NCBI GenBank assembly: GCA_038889075.1
Contig: JAWAHS010000003.1
Span: forward strand, 1 to 17,464
Source: Ignisphaera sp.
GTDB lineage: Archaea; Thermoproteota; Thermoprotei_A; Sulfolobales; Ignisphaeraceae
Length of the DNA: 17,464 bases
Direction: 5' to 3'
Under the pieces are notes generated by a model, which had not been told where the DNA came from, made no database searches, and saw only the letters and a list, made by a program, of their open reading frames with translations. Positions 16,313 through 17,464 of the stretch are shown here, one piece after another. The position numbers and the translations under genes were made by a program. Position 1 is the first letter of the stretch; each line of letters opens with the position of its first letter.

Positions 16313-16990
16313 CTACAATCTGCTTTTGATTAAGCCTGGGATAGAGTATTTCCTTTCTATTATTTTTACAAATTCCGTTAGTACTATAGAAGCAACGATG
16401 TATATGAAAGCTAGTACAACGTACACCTCTAAGTAGAGAAATGTTCTGCTTCCTATTGACTTGCCTATGTACATAAGTTCTGGTGCTGTTACAAAGTAGG
16501 CGATAGACGAATATTTGAATAGGTATATAGCTTCATTAGCTAGAGCTGGTATCGCTATCCTAATAGCCTGTGGTAGGATAACTATCCATATCGTTCTAAA
16601 TCTCGTCAATCCTATCGATAATGCAGATTCGAATTGCGAATATGGTATTGAACTTATTGACGATCTTATATATTCTGACTGGTATACGGATGAATTGATC
16701 GATATAGCTATTATGGAGGCTGTCACAGGGTCTAACAATATGCCTAGCTCAGGTAGTGCATAGTATACGAAAAATAGCTGTACTATCATTGGTGTGCCCC
16801 GTATTACTTCAACAAACACGGTAAGTACTATTCTAACCCATCTATTGCTATATATCCTTAGTAGAGCAATGATTGTACCCAGGGTTAAACCAATGATATA
16901 TGATGCTGTGGTGATTATGATTGTATATCTGAGTCCCAGTAATATGGAATACCCATAGTTGTTTAAAATGTAGAATATACCCTGCAACAT
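16313..16990 (-). CDS. Polar amino-acid ABC transporter permease (HisM/GlnP family)
   Basis: FVEVIRGTPMIVQLFFVYYALP, SEYIRSSI..IP..QFESALSIGL and ILPQAIR motifs. Confidence 0.95.
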   Translation of the reverse strand: MLQGIFYILNNYGYSILLGLRYTIIITTASYIIGLTLGTIIALLRIYSNRWVRIVLTVFVEVIRGTPMIVQLFFVYYALPELGILLDPVTASIIAISINSSVYQSEYIRSSISSIPYSQFESALSIGLTRFRTIWIVILPQAIRIAIPALANEAIYLFKYSSIAYFVTAPELMYIGKSIGSRTFLYLEVYVVLAFIYIVASIVLTEFVKIIERKYSIPGLIKSRL

Positions 16991-16991
16991 T

Positions 16992-17464
16992 CTAACCAGC
17001 TCTAGATTGTATATCCAATGAATACAGGTACCACATTCTCTCCATAAATCTGCGTATCCTTTCGTTTTTAGGACTCAATAATATCTGTTCCGGTGAACCC
17101 CTCTCAACTATGGTTCCCCCATCCATAAACATTACCTCGTGGGCAACCTTTACAGCAAAACCAAGTTCGTGTGTAACAACAATCATAGTCATACCATTCC
17201 TCGAGAGCCTTTCCATAACATTCAAAACCTCCCATATAAGCTCAGGATCTAGAGCTGAGGTGGGTTCATCGAATAGTATTATCTTTGGGTCCATTGCAAT
17301 AGCTCTAGCAATTGCTACACGTTGTTGCTGTCCACCTGATAATTGGACAGGGTACTTTCTCCAAAGATCCTCAGTAATACCAACCGATAGTAGTGCCTCT
17401 TCTGCTTTTCTCATAGCCTCTTCCCTCGGTAGCTTCTTTACCTTTACCAGACCAAGTAGAACGT
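16992..17464 (-). CDS. Polar amino-acid ABC transporter ATP-binding protein (GlnQ-like), 5' end outside the window
   Basis: LSGGQQQRVAIARA, ILFDEPTSALDPE and VVTHE motifs. The frame stays open to the window edge (VLLGLVKVKKLPREEAM). Confidence 0.95.
   Translation of the reverse strand, partial: VLLGLVKVKKLPREEAMRKAEEALLSVGITEDLWRKYPVQLSGGQQQRVAIARAIAMDPKIILFDEPTSALDPELIWEVLNVMERLSRNGMTMIVVTHELGFAVKVAHEVMFMDGGTIVERGSPEQILLSPKNERIRRFMERMWYLYSLDIQSRAG

Noticed and set aside
1005-16763. Antisense ORFs in the track (1005, 2555, 3774, 4381, 4680, 7311, 8222, 10565, 11010, 12451, 13807, 14379, 16515)
   Set aside because: They are shadows of well-supported genes or sRNAs on the opposite strand and carry no motifs of their own.

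Overview
AT-rich archaeal chromosome segment that looks crenarchaeal (Desulfurococcales/Ignisphaera-like). Evidence: ribosomal protein L38e, bifunctional PGI/PMI, DtdA, aNAC, archaemetzincin, TATA/BRE promoters and GGTGA Shine-Dalgarno sites. The protein genes are mostly housekeeping: an Opp/Dpp-family ABC importer (probably oligosaccharide; the binding protein is missing from the ORF track), PGI/PMI, rpl38e, a divergent JAMM/MPN+ protein followed by an HD dNTPase-like gene, two PD-(D/E)XK-fold proteins, dtdA, a beta-CASP RNase, nac, a SpoIIM-like protein, a DUF62 SAM hydrolase, amzA and a polar amino-acid ABC transporter. The main unannotated content is intergenic RNA. There are three clear and one atypical C/D-box guide sRNAs, a GC-rich structured element at 14310-14387, and a ~140-nt rod-shaped hairpin at 15247-15396. 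That hairpin has 26-bp perfect inverted repeats, an IS630-like CC-TA...TA-GG boundary and a bulge-helix-bulge motif at its base. rRNA target assignments come from recalled conserved archaeal rRNA sequences and were not checked against this genome.
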